NCBI GenBank assembly: GCA_013815345.1
Contig: JACDGK010000001.1
Location: 102,434 to 166,433, forward strand
Source: Patescibacteria group bacterium
GTDB lineage: Bacteria > Patescibacteriota > Minisyncoccia > Phycocordibacterales > Phycocordibacteraceae
Length of the DNA stretch: 64,000 nt
Reading direction: 5' to 3'
The notes beneath the pieces were generated by a model, which worked only from the letters and a program-made list of their open reading frames with translations, searched no databases and had not been told where the DNA came from. Shown in pieces: positions 1 to 9,309 of the stretch. A program made the position numbers and the translations under genes. Each line of letters begins with the position of its first letter. Position 1 is the first letter of the stretch.

Positions 1-499
1 TTAGGAGATCGAGCATCGTAAGCCCTGTGCGAGCGACCCGATCTCCGTAGAGCGGACCGATTCCCCGTCCGGTAGTGCCGATCTTTTTCCCGCCGAGAGA
101 GGCTTCTTTCAGACGATCAAATAGAAGATGCTGCGGGAGCACGACATGCGCGTCCCGTGAAATCCGCAAGTGATCAAAAGAAAGACCGTTCAACTCCAAA
201 AGATCGAACTCTTCGCACAAGATGTGCAGGTCGAGCGCGACGCCGGTACCGATGATATTCATCTTATCGTCCGAATCCCGAAGGATGCCAGACGGAATGA
301 GATGAAAGACGTGCGTGCGGTTACCGATGCAAATGGTATGACCGGCATTGGCGCCACCCGTACCACGAGCAATGATATCCGCCCACTCGGAGAGGACGTC
401 GACAAACTTTCCCTTGCCGGTGTCTCCCCACTGAACATCGATGATGGCAATCGTCGATGGCTCCTTAGGCAACCGGAGCTGTTCTGCTACTGAGGTCAT
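1..499 (-). CDS. purA: adenylosuccinate synthetase, N-terminal part; the gene continues past the window start
   Basis: The reverse translation from the ATG at 499-497 reads MTSVAEQLRLPKEPSTIAIIDVQWGDTGKGKFVD...GHTICIGN...HLIPSGIL...IGTTGRGIGP, which is the PurA P-loop and GTP-binding signature. A GGAG Shine-Dalgarno lies upstream. It is not in the ORF track because there is no stop inside the window. Confidence 0.85.
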   Translation of the reverse strand, partial: MTSVAEQLRLPKEPSTIAIIDVQWGDTGKGKFVDVLSEWADIIARGTGGANAGHTICIGNRTHVFHLIPSGILRDSDDKMNIIGTGVALDLHILCEEFDLLELNGLSFDHLRISRDAHVVLPQHLLFDRLKEASLGGKKIGTTGRGIGPLYGDRVARTGLTMLDLL

Positions 500-645
500 G
501 GCTTATCTCCCGTGCGCATGATAGTTGGGTGCTTCCCGCGCGATCATAACGTCGTGCGGATGTGATTCCCTATCGCCGGCGGAGGTGACACGGAATGGTT
601 CGGCTTTGGCAACGAGTTCGCCCAAATTGGACGCGCCGACATACC

Positions 646-2031
646 CTAGTCCGTTCTCCACTCCTCCGAGAAGTTTTTCCACCGTCTCCTGCGAGTACCG
701 GTATGAGGAATCAACGCTTCGACTCCTTCCGCTACTAACCGCCGTCCGCTCCCTTTCGTTTGACGGTATCGCTCCCGCGATCCCGCATTCTCTCGGAGAG
801 CGGCTTCGGATGCCATGCCGCGGTATTCCTTCATTCGAGCTCCCGCAACGGTAACTTCATCTCCGGGAGCTTCTTGAGCTCCTGCCAGCAAGCGACCAAG
901 AATGACGCTTTCTGCACCCAAACCAAGAGCGATTACGATGTCACCAGGATTCACGATGCCGCCATCGGCGATCACCGGAATATCTGTTCCTCGGAGAGTC
1001 TTAACGCAGTCATATACCGCAGACGCCTGGGGGCAACCAATCCCGGTAACGACACGAGTAGTGCAGATAGAACCACCTCCTTGTCCAACGATTACAGCGT
1101 CGGCGCCCGCCTCAGCGAGACGTTTTGCGGCGGTAGCTCGAGAAACGTTCCCTGCGACGATATCGATGTCAGAATAGAGTTCCTTGAGTTGTCTGATGGT
1201 GTTGTGCACATTCGCACTGTCACCATGAGCCGTATCAATAACGAAGGCATCACAGCCTTTTTCGGCCAACAATACTGCACGCACTAACGCTCCTTCACCA
1301 ACTCCGACAGCAGCAGCGACCCGAAGATGGCCTCGACTATCGATGTTATGCATGGATTCGTTGGATTTTCCCCTTTGAAGGTCGGCGAAAACATAGAGTC
1401 CGGCAATTCCTCCGTCATCATCGACAAGCGGAAGAATTTTTCTCTTTTCGCGACGCGTAATTACATACGCCTCATCAATAGACGTGCCTTTCGGCGCGGT
1501 GATGAGGTTCGCAAGAGGAGTCATGGCCTCTTCCACAAGCGTTTCGCGGTCGGGCTGGAAATCAAAATCGTTTTGCGTGAGCAATCCGACGAGCTTCCCC
1601 TCTTTAAGCACGGGGAAGCTATGAAACGACAACTGTTCCGCTTCGCGTCTAGAGAGAATGTGGGCGAGCGTTTCGCTTGCATTAGCGGTAGTAGGATGCG
1701 GAATCAGACCATTCAGATGCAGCTTTACCCGCTGCACTTTAGCAGCTTGTGCTTCCGGCGTCATGTTCTTGTGAATGACACCGATACCACCGTTGCTCGC
1801 GAGCGCGATTGCCATTGAGGACTCGGTAACGGTGTCCATAGCGGCACTAGCGAGCGGTATAAGAAGCTCAATTCTACGCGAGAAGCGAGTTCGCAAATTC
1901 ACGTCGCTCGGCATGACATTCGATAGATCCGTGTGGAAACGAAGATCAGCGTAGGTCAACTTGAGACCTTGCGTATCCATTTTGGCAAAGAACAGGTCCA
2001 TGCCGGAATTCGGCGACTTTATGTGGGTCAT
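646..2031 (-). CDS. guaB: IMP dehydrogenase
   Basis: 461 aa. It has the IMPDH catalytic loop GIGxGSICTTR, a CBS-domain pair in the middle, and a GGIG...GLGAESVILG C-terminus. Confidence 0.95.
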   Translation of the reverse strand: MTHIKSPNSGMDLFFAKMDTQGLKLTYADLRFHTDLSNVMPSDVNLRTRFSRRIELLIPLASAAMDTVTESSMAIALASNGGIGVIHKNMTPEAQAAKVQRVKLHLNGLIPHPTTANASETLAHILSRREAEQLSFHSFPVLKEGKLVGLLTQNDFDFQPDRETLVEEAMTPLANLITAPKGTSIDEAYVITRREKRKILPLVDDDGGIAGLYVFADLQRGKSNESMHNIDSRGHLRVAAAVGVGEGALVRAVLLAEKGCDAFVIDTAHGDSANVHNTIRQLKELYSDIDIVAGNVSRATAAKRLAEAGADAVIVGQGGGSICTTRVVTGIGCPQASAVYDCVKTLRGTDIPVIADGGIVNPGDIVIALGLGAESVILGRLLAGAQEAPGDEVTVAGARMKEYRGMASEAALRENAGSRERYRQTKGSGRRLVAEGVEALIPHTGTRRRRWKNFSEEWRTD

Positions 2032-2136
2032 TTATTCCTCCTTAAAGGATGGACGGAATTATCTCCGCAGATTAGGACGATACTGCCTCAACCGTATAGC
2101 ACAAAAGACCATCGAGCAAGATAGTGTTTGTATCGG

Positions 2137-2643
2137 CTATGAATGAGTATACGTGGCGTATGTCTTTGCAAACACCGAGCCATCAACAAGATACGGCTCA
2201 CCATTCGATACTCCTTCCTCATCGCAGCCATCAACAATAAAACAGTCACTGTCTCCTTTCCGCAGTGAACTCCGCTTACCTTGTATCTCAATCGGTTTTC
2301 CAAATGGATTCTTGAAAGCACGAACAAAACCGACTGCGCGATATATCCCTTCTTCAGAACCTTTTTGATATTTTACATTAAATTTTTCTTCAGGAACAAT
2401 ATATTCTTCTCCTTGCGAATTTGTTACTACCCATTCTCCCTCCTGTGCTCTGTTACTCGTTTCTTCTCTGCCGTCTACGAGTGTTGTCGTAATACGTTCT
2501 CCGGCTATAGCTGGGCGTGCTCGCACAATGCTTACTTTTTTATATATCTGAGCCTGAGCGAGACCTTCCATAATTTCTGGAGATTTTCTATCTACGTATT
2601 CAAAATGAGGAGCAGGATGCTCTGGCTTTCCTTCTAAAGACAT
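2137..2643 (-). CDS. hypothetical protein
   Basis: 168-aa ORF in good coding context. I recognise no motif. Confidence 0.5.
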   Translation of the reverse strand: MSLEGKPEHPAPHFEYVDRKSPEIMEGLAQAQIYKKVSIVRARPAIAGERITTTLVDGREETSNRAQEGEWVVTNSQGEEYIVPEEKFNVKYQKGSEEGIYRAVGFVRAFKNPFGKPIEIQGKRSSLRKGDSDCFIVDGCDEEGVSNGEPYLVDGSVFAKTYATYTHS

Positions 2644-2672
2644 CTATTTATAGTAACAGAGAGACCCGCGAG

Positions 2673-2709
2673 CGGATAAGAAAACCCCGCGCCACTTCGT
2701 GGCGCGGGG
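2673..2709 (-). terminator. rho-independent terminator downstream of purM
   Basis: Perfect GC-rich stem CCCCGCGCCA / TGGCGCGGGG with a 5-nt loop, followed on the minus strand by TTTTCTTAT. Confidence 0.6.
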
Positions 2710-2731
2710 TTGCGAAGTCAAGGTTGCAGAG

Positions 2732-3853
2732 TCAGCGAACTGCCAGTGATTCGGCGTCATATTCTAATCCTACCGGTTTGATCAGAACGCCTTTTCGGCT
2801 GCTTGCCATGATATCGCCGGCATCGATTATATCGAAGGGGTAATTTCCCTTCGCATGAATATGGCGCACGAGAGTTAGATACTTCTGCGGTACATACAGC
2901 GCGAAGCCAGCACCCATGTTCAAATTTCCGTACGCTTCATGGTCACTGACACGTCCAAATTCACGAATAAAGTCAAACACGGGCTGTGGCTTCGGCGTTA
3001 CATCAATGATATACATGAAGTTTCCGGGAGCACGCATGAGCTTTCGCCAGCCATGACCCGTAATATTCACGCCGTAGTGAATCTCTACCCCCGCGTCGAG
3101 ACAATCCTCTACAAAACCAACATAGATATGTGTTGGATCAAGAAGCGCTTCACCATAGGTGCGGTTATCAGACAATCGGGCATTGTAGCCATCAGGATGA
3201 TTCTCGGCGATCGTGCGGGCGAGTGTAAATCCGTTCGCATGGGGACCGGAACTCGTAAGCAGAATGATGCAGTCGCCGTGCTGGATATTTCCGTTAATCA
3301 GCCTCTCTTTCGGCTTTATGATTCCCATTGCCGAACCGGAAAGAACAATCGTCCCAGGAATCACAATATCTTTTAGCGTAGGCGTTTCGCCGCCACCCCA
3401 GATGCATCGCGCCAGGTTACATCCATGCTGCCAACCCCTGATAAGGTCATCAGAACGTAGCTCATCCTCGAACCAATTCGAGGACCCCACTGCGAGATGC
3501 ATTGCCACCGAGAGCGGCAACGCCCCGAGCGTGCTCATATCGTTCACGATCATGGCAACCGCATCTTGGGCGATGTGATCGTAATAGGACTTGCCGGTAA
3601 GCGCGTACATCGCGTCAGCGACAAGGTTTTTCGTACCAAGACCTTCTTCAACATGTGCGAAGTAACTCTTTGCCGCTTCGATGAGGTAAACGCTCTCTCC
3701 TCGGCTTGGCTCGAATTCTCGAAACTCGCCGCCGTTAAAGCGACTGATATTTCCTGCTGTTTTCCGTGCTGCTTGTTGAGCCCTTCGCTTGAAAGGGTCC
3801 ATGACATCATAATTGACGCCGGAATCTTTATAAGTCATACCTTGCTCAGGCAT
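2732..3853 (-). CDS. purM: phosphoribosylformylglycinamidine cyclo-ligase (AIR synthase)
   Basis: PurM-like N-terminus MTYKDSGVNYD... with AIR-synthase N and C domains. The track ORF starts at 3937, but PurM homology begins at an internal Met (3853 or 3838). Confidence 0.8.
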   Translation of the reverse strand: MPEQGMTYKDSGVNYDVMDPFKRRAQQAARKTAGNISRFNGGEFREFEPSRGESVYLIEAAKSYFAHVEEGLGTKNLVADAMYALTGKSYYDHIAQDAVAMIVNDMSTLGALPLSVAMHLAVGSSNWFEDELRSDDLIRGWQHGCNLARCIWGGGETPTLKDIVIPGTIVLSGSAMGIIKPKERLINGNIQHGDCIILLTSSGPHANGFTLARTIAENHPDGYNARLSDNRTYGEALLDPTHIYVGFVEDCLDAGVEIHYGVNITGHGWRKLMRAPGNFMYIIDVTPKPQPVFDFIREFGRVSDHEAYGNLNMGAGFALYVPQKYLTLVRHIHAKGNYPFDIIDAGDIMASSRKGVLIKPVGLEYDAESLAVR

Positions 3854-3952
3854 GGTCGTTTCCCTTTCTCTAATGATTTGACAGAGAACAAATTCGCTGA
3901 TGGTACTGTAGGCAACATTACCCCAAAACGCAACCAAGACTATAAAGAGTGC

Positions 3953-4693
3953 TCATTTAAATACATTCTGTAATGTCGCGCTGATACTTTGATACCACAG
4001 TCCGTATCCCGCATCGCTCGGATGGAAATGGTCCGCGGCATAATAGAGAGGGACGTTTTTATTGAATGGCTCATCAGCTTTGTTCTTGTAAAGGTCTACA
4101 TAGGAGATATTGGAATACTTTGTTATCTCTGTCATAAAGGTCTGACGAACCTGCAACGTGCGATTCGTATACAACCACGTAAGCGGAAATCGAAAGACGG
4201 GCGAAAGTCCTACATTTCCTGCAGTGAGCACGAGGGTATGCGTAGCATGGATAGTGGCCCATTCCAGGACACTATCCAGTCGGCTCCGGATATCCGCATA
4301 CGAAGTAAAACCGACAATATCATTCGCCCCGATCTGAATGAGTGCGACGTCGTAATGCGTAGTTGTTGGGAGTACATTCAGTTTTTCGACAAGTCCCTGC
4401 AGTTTAAGTCCATTCTTTGAAACATTCCTTATATTCGCCATCGGATACTGCGCACCCAATCTTCCTCCCGTTGAATTCTTGGAATCTCGCGTCCCGGTGC
4501 CGAAAGCCGTACTGTCTCCCGCCACAAGAAAAGACCCTGTCGCATTCACGGGATGTTGTTCATAGGGCACGGCTTCATTCATAAGTTCCTTTTCATGCTG
4601 AACTGCTTGATATATCGGATATCCGACATACACAATGTAGCTGAGCAGAATGACAACAACGATGACGCTGCTATACACAAGAGTGGTGTTCAT
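3953..4693 (-). CDS. SGNH/GDSL-family hydrolase with an N-terminal transmembrane anchor
   Basis: GDS block LVAGDSTAFGTG and a C-terminal DHFHPSD (DxxH catalytic pair). N-terminal hydrophobic helix. Confidence 0.75.
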   Translation of the reverse strand: MNTTLVYSSVIVVVILLSYIVYVGYPIYQAVQHEKELMNEAVPYEQHPVNATGSFLVAGDSTAFGTGTRDSKNSTGGRLGAQYPMANIRNVSKNGLKLQGLVEKLNVLPTTTHYDVALIQIGANDIVGFTSYADIRSRLDSVLEWATIHATHTLVLTAGNVGLSPVFRFPLTWLYTNRTLQVRQTFMTEITKYSNISYVDLYKNKADEPFNKNVPLYYAADHFHPSDAGYGLWYQSISATLQNVFK

Positions 4694-4696
4694 ATT

Positions 4697-5197
4697 CTAT
4701 TTCTCATCAAGAACAGCTCTTTTTTGAACATTTTGAATTATTTGTTCGAGCACCGCTATATACGTCGCAAGATCCGAGAGATCAATACCCTGAACCAAGG
4801 GTCGCATCACCTCTCGTACATGAATCTCCGTACTCTGGACGAACTGCTTACCTTTGGAAGTGAGACAAAGCAATTTTACGCGACTATCGTGAGCATCCTC
4901 TTTCAATTCGATAAGACTTCGCTTTTTAAGTTTCTTAATAATAAGCGTGACAAAAGGCGCTTCCACCCCAAGATCTTCGGCAACGACACTCGCCCGCACT
5001 GCTTTGGGGCGCTCATAGAGAAGACCGAGAAAGGCCCATTCAATGGTTGAAATATCGAGATGAATGAGCGCTTCCGTAGTCTGCTGTTTAAGCATGCGAT
5101 AGGCTTTTGCTTGTACAAGACCCAGATGATACGTGTTTCTGTTACGCAGTACTGCGCTTACCTTTTCGACTATTTTTTTTGGAGTGTTTTTGGACAT
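4697..5197 (-). CDS. MarR-family transcriptional regulator
   Basis: 166 aa with the winged-HTH pattern typical of MarR (…LGLLYERP…VTLIIKKLKKRSLIE…DSRVKLLCLTSKG). Confidence 0.8.
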   Translation of the reverse strand: MSKNTPKKIVEKVSAVLRNRNTYHLGLVQAKAYRMLKQQTTEALIHLDISTIEWAFLGLLYERPKAVRASVVAEDLGVEAPFVTLIIKKLKKRSLIELKEDAHDSRVKLLCLTSKGKQFVQSTEIHVREVMRPLVQGIDLSDLATYIAVLEQIIQNVQKRAVLDEK

Positions 5198-5300
5198 ATA
5201 GATATCTCTCTCGATATTCTACACTGAAGCGCGAATAGAAACTGAAAAGCCAAGACCCCTTGTCTTGGCTTTTCCCTCATCACACGAAAAGAGCCGTGAG

Positions 5301-5912
5301 CTATTTCGCAGGAAGCGTCAAGACCGAGTCAATGACAAAGGTGACGCCGTTACTTGAGATAACATCAGGCGTTTCAACCGTGGCAGTACCGTTTACGGTA
5401 ATCTGGCCGGTTGCTGATTTTCCGATCGTCAATGGCTTCCCTTCCACACTGGTAAGTACCTGGCCATCATGCAGATCGGCGGCCGTATAACGACCAGCTA
5501 CGACGTGGTAGGTCAAGATATCAGCGAGCTTCGCTTTGTTCTCAGGCTTTAGCAAGGTTTGTACCGTGCCAGCTGGAAGCTTCGCAAAAGCATCGTTGTT
5601 AGGGGCAAAGACGGTAAAAGGACCAACTCCTTCAAGCGTCGGCGCAAGACCTGCAGCGCTCACTGCTGCGACGAGTGTCGTAACATTGCTTGCATTCATT
5701 GCATTTTGCACAATGTCACGGTCAGGAGTCATGTACGCACCTCCCACTAAGACACCCTGCTGAATAGGTTGCGCTTGGGTCTGATCATAGGTACTGGATG
5801 CAGTATTGTTTGCTAGCGTTCCATTGTTGTTTGACTGCCAATACACGAGACCGATAATCGCTATGACGATAACGATAACGATAATAATTACCGTAATTGC
5901 TGTTTTATTCAT
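5301..5912 (-). CDS. fasciclin (FAS1) domain protein, membrane-anchored
   Basis: N-terminal TM helix (IIIVIVIVIAIIGLV). FAS1 motifs GPFTVFAPNNDAF and TYHVV. Confidence 0.85.
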   Translation of the reverse strand: MNKTAITVIIIVIVIVIAIIGLVYWQSNNNGTLANNTASSTYDQTQAQPIQQGVLVGGAYMTPDRDIVQNAMNASNVTTLVAAVSAAGLAPTLEGVGPFTVFAPNNDAFAKLPAGTVQTLLKPENKAKLADILTYHVVAGRYTAADLHDGQVLTSVEGKPLTIGKSATGQITVNGTATVETPDVISSNGVTFVIDSVLTLPAK

Positions 5913-6020
5913 AGAGTTGCGCTAGGTGATAATGGGTACATTACTTAACATTGTTAACTATATCCATACCCCCTGAAGTTCGGATGAAGAAGAAGTTCTG
6001 CCTTGTTGCATAGAGAGGGA

Positions 6021-6410
6021 TCAAGGAGAAAATGGAAAGTAGTAGAGAGCGAGCGTAGCCGCGATCGTTATAAGAATTCCAAGCATTAAAATGAGAGTGG
6101 CTTGAGTACGGTCTTGAGAACGTAGTTCATGCACTACGCTTTGTCGCTCGCTTGAAGTAATGCCAAAATCAAAAAATCCATTGAATCCCAAGGTTATACA
6201 AAAATGAAAGATAACTTGGAGAAAACCAAGTGTTCCAATTAATACCGGAAAAAAGATAAGCGTCCTTAGAAGTGGCGAGCTCGGAAGTATGAAACAAATG
6301 AGGATAAAAAGGAGCGAACTCGACAAGCCAATCCACCCGTAACGCCAATTACGATTGATCTCATGAGGTCCAATGTTACACATTCCCGGAATATACTGCC
6401 GATTTGCCAT
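6021..6410 (-). CDS. small integral membrane protein (hypothetical)
   Basis: 129 aa with 3-4 predicted TM helices. No recognisable motif. Confidence 0.5.
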   Translation of the reverse strand: MANRQYIPGMCNIGPHEINRNWRYGWIGLSSSLLFILICFILPSSPLLRTLIFFPVLIGTLGFLQVIFHFCITLGFNGFFDFGITSSERQSVVHELRSQDRTQATLILMLGILITIAATLALYYFPFSP

Positions 6411-6425
6411 AAAAATAAAGAAAGA

Positions 6426-7970
6426 CTATCTTGATCGCGGAATTATAGTCATGAGGAGTTCCTTTAAAGAACCGAAGTTAACTGGTTTGACGAAATGATA
6501 ATCAAATCCTGCGCCTTGCGAACGACGTTTGTCAGATTCCTGACCCCAGCCGGTAGTCGCAATGAGTATGATATGTTCTCCCCATGACTGTCGCCGAATC
6601 ATTTGTGCTAACTCAAGTCCGTTTATCTTTGGCATTCCTAAATCAAGAAGGATCACGTCAGGTTTAAAACTCTCGGCTTGCCGATACGCCTCAAAACCAT
6701 CGTATCCGATCTTCACCGCACATCCTTGGGCGCCGAGGAGCATTTTGAGGGAATCAGTAGCGTCTTTGTTATCATCCACGATCAATACGCGCAAATCAGG
6801 GGAAAGGGACTTCTTTTCTATCTCGGGCGTATCTCCCTCTGTTTCCTCGGCCGAGTCTCGTATTGGAATCTGTATGGTGAATGTTGTTCCCTTTCCTTCT
6901 TCAGACTCCACAGCAATGGTGCCGTCATGCAGCTCGACGAGCGTCTTTGCGAGCGTCAAACCAATGCCGAGTCCGCTTTTTGTGTTTTCGGTACCTGTCG
7001 GCACTTGCATAAACATTGTAAAGATTTGTGGCAGCATTTCAGGAGATATTCCTGGTCCATCATCTCTAACCGTGATAATTACTTGGTTCTTTCTGCGCTC
7101 TCCCTCGAGCCATATATGACCGCCGCCAGGAGTATATTTTGCGGCATTATTTAAGAGATTTGAAATTATCTGTGCAAGACGGATTCGATCGCCGTTGAGG
7201 TACAGCGTTCGCTGCGGCAGTGTCGCGGTAAAAGTATGTCCAGCAGAATCGAGAACCGGCTGACTTGTTTCGATAGCCATCTTAAGCACCTCGTTTAGAT
7301 TTACTCGTTCATTCCGAAGTTCGAGCCTATTGCTGCTGATACGTGCTACATCGAGAAGGTCGTCGATCAGTCGAGTCATCTGTCCTATCTGGCGATTCAT
7401 CACGGTGAGAGCCCATTCTTCTTCGGAAGTCTGTGCCGTATTTAAGTTAAGAATATCAATGGCATTACGGAGAGGGGCAAGCGGATTGCGCAATTCATGA
7501 GCAAGCACCGCAAGAAATTCATCTTTGTTTTTCGCTTCATCTTTAAGGATTTCCTCATTGTGAATTCTCTCTGAGATATCACGCGCAACTTTTGAGGCGC
7601 CCACCACAATACCTCTTTCGTTGCGTACCGGAGAAATACTAATCGAAAGGAAAACGGGCGTCCCATCTTTGTGGCGTCGCACTGTTTCAAAATGTTCAAT
7701 ATGTTCTGCTTTGTTTAATCGCTGCATGATTAGAAGCTCTTCCTCAATCCTTTCAGGCGGGATGATGAGTGCAATATGTTGTCCAATGGCTTCATCGGCA
7801 CTATAACCAAATATTCGTTCTGCACTTTTATTCCAGGTGCGAATAACGCCATCAAGCGTCTTGCTGATGATCGCGTCTTCAGAGGATTCTACGATAGCTG
7901 CGTGGAGATTCTTGAGTTGTTTGTCGCCGGCGAAAGCATCCTGAGCTCCTGGCCCAGTGTTGGTTTCCAT
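6426..7970 (-). CDS. hybrid sensor histidine kinase (PAS, HisKA, HATPase, C-terminal receiver)
   Basis: N-terminal PAS. H-box LAHELRNPLAPL. G-boxes DDGPGI and GLGIGL. C-terminal receiver LRVLIVDDNKD...DVILLDLGMP...KP. Confidence 0.9.
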   Translation of the reverse strand: METNTGPGAQDAFAGDKQLKNLHAAIVESSEDAIISKTLDGVIRTWNKSAERIFGYSADEAIGQHIALIIPPERIEEELLIMQRLNKAEHIEHFETVRRHKDGTPVFLSISISPVRNERGIVVGASKVARDISERIHNEEILKDEAKNKDEFLAVLAHELRNPLAPLRNAIDILNLNTAQTSEEEWALTVMNRQIGQMTRLIDDLLDVARISSNRLELRNERVNLNEVLKMAIETSQPVLDSAGHTFTATLPQRTLYLNGDRIRLAQIISNLLNNAAKYTPGGGHIWLEGERRKNQVIITVRDDGPGISPEMLPQIFTMFMQVPTGTENTKSGLGIGLTLAKTLVELHDGTIAVESEEGKGTTFTIQIPIRDSAEETEGDTPEIEKKSLSPDLRVLIVDDNKDATDSLKMLLGAQGCAVKIGYDGFEAYRQAESFKPDVILLDLGMPKINGLELAQMIRRQSWGEHIILIATTGWGQESDKRRSQGAGFDYHFVKPVNFGSLKELLMTIIPRSR

Positions 7971-8013
7971 AGTGCAAATAGTACCACTTATCCTTTAGTA
8001 AGCAGGGATGAGA

Positions 8014-8835
8014 TCAACGAGTATCGATTGCGACTGCTGGAATCTCGTCTTTTCTGGTAAGGCTTAGATATATAACAAGAAACAAAATCGCTGCTAAAAA
8101 GATCAAGCTGGTTAGGGTTGTTCCAAGGCCCAAACCTCCATCTCCACCCGTCTGAGAAAGATAGTCTCCGATAGAAGCGCCGAGCGGACGAGTGAGGATG
8201 TACGCAATCCAAAAGGCTAGGACGGCATAGGTGCCTGACTGACGGCGATGCCCTGCGGTCAACATCCTCTTTGCTCCAAAATACACTATGGTCACTATCG
8301 CGATAAGGCCTGCAAAGATGCCTGCGGAGAGCAAATAACCAACATTAAGCTGCTCCGCAACAAGGTCCCCTGCCGATGTTCCAAGAGCGAAAGTGAAAAG
8401 AATAGCGAGCCAATAAAAGGCTTCGCGCTTGGTCGTGAAAATGGAATGGATTGATAATGTTTTTTCGCTTGCGTACCAGACCGCAAACGTGAGTGCGAGG
8501 GCGATAGAAAATATAATAGTCGTCGTCTGCAGAGCGACCCCGAAATTATCGACGAGGTTATCGGTGATCTGCGTACCCACTACGCTTATGAGCACGACGG
8601 CGAGCCAGTAAATCGCGGGCACATACTTTTTTGCTCTGAATTGGAAAAATAGTACGACGATTAGTACGACGCTCGTTATGATAGTAGTTATGGTGAGACC
8701 GAGGTTTAGCGTCGTGCTCAAAAAGTCCGAAGCAGTTTCACCAACAGTAGTACACAGAATCTTGATAATCCAAAAGAAAATCGTGACTTCAGGTACTTTA
8801 TTTAAAAGTTGTCGTCCGACGGAAGGTATAGTCAT
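8014..8835 (-). CDS. polytopic membrane protein with an internally repeated motif
   Basis: 273 aa. The pattern aromatic-W-(I/L)-x-I-L-x-T-x-x-G-(E/T)-(T/S)-x-x-D-(F/L/Y)-L recurs three times (FFWIIKILCTTVGETASDFL, FYWLAILFTFALGTSAGDLV, AFWIAYILTRPLGASIGDYL). Confidence 0.65.
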   Translation of the reverse strand: MTIPSVGRQLLNKVPEVTIFFWIIKILCTTVGETASDFLSTTLNLGLTITTIITSVVLIVVLFFQFRAKKYVPAIYWLAVVLISVVGTQITDNLVDNFGVALQTTTIIFSIALALTFAVWYASEKTLSIHSIFTTKREAFYWLAILFTFALGTSAGDLVAEQLNVGYLLSAGIFAGLIAIVTIVYFGAKRMLTAGHRRQSGTYAVLAFWIAYILTRPLGASIGDYLSQTGGDGGLGLGTTLTSLIFLAAILFLVIYLSLTRKDEIPAVAIDTR

Positions 8836-8880
8836 AAGTATAACAAAAAAGCCAGCTTTCGCTGGCTTTTTTGTGGAATG

Positions 8881-9225
8881 TTAGTTGGCGTCTTCCACTT
8901 CGTTTGCATCAGCACCAGTACCGCTCTCTGACTCAGTAGCGTCTGCTGCTACTGTGGTCTTGCTAGAGACAGGTGAGACTGAGGCGTCATCGGCAGTCTC
9001 TCCATCAGTATTGCTAAGGTCCTGCTGGGTAGATTGAACGATAGCGCTATCGTCTGCCGTTTCTCCATCAGCGTTTGTTGGATCTTGCTGACTCGTCTGT
9101 ACTGCTGCTTGCGTTGAAGCAGGGGCTGCAGCTACACTTTGCGCGTGTACTTGGAATCCAATGGCGGTTCCAACGCCGATGATGAACACGGCGACAAGCG
9201 CGAGATAGGTTGAAGGAATTTTCAT
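8881..9225 (-). CDS. secreted acidic low-complexity repeat protein
   Basis: Signal-peptide-like N-terminus. Tandem repeat QQD(P/L)(T/S)N(A/T)DGETADD(S/A). Many D/E residues. Confidence 0.55.
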   Translation of the reverse strand: MKIPSTYLALVAVFIIGVGTAIGFQVHAQSVAAAPASTQAAVQTSQQDPTNADGETADDSAIVQSTQQDLSNTDGETADDASVSPVSSKTTVAADATESESGTGADANEVEDAN

Positions 9226-9309
9226 AGAATTTGCTTGTAAGTTAGTAAGGGAGGGCGTTTGCCCATAGACAGAGGATACGAAAACCTGTGTAAATGCTCT
9301 GTAAAGACT

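Noticed and set aside
170-493. 107-aa plus-strand ORF at the window start
   Set aside because: It lies entirely antisense within purA, which has strong homology on the minus strand. It is a shadow ORF.
760-1818. Plus-strand ORFs of 175, 91 and 163 aa inside guaB
   Set aside because: They are antisense to IMP dehydrogenase and have no motifs.
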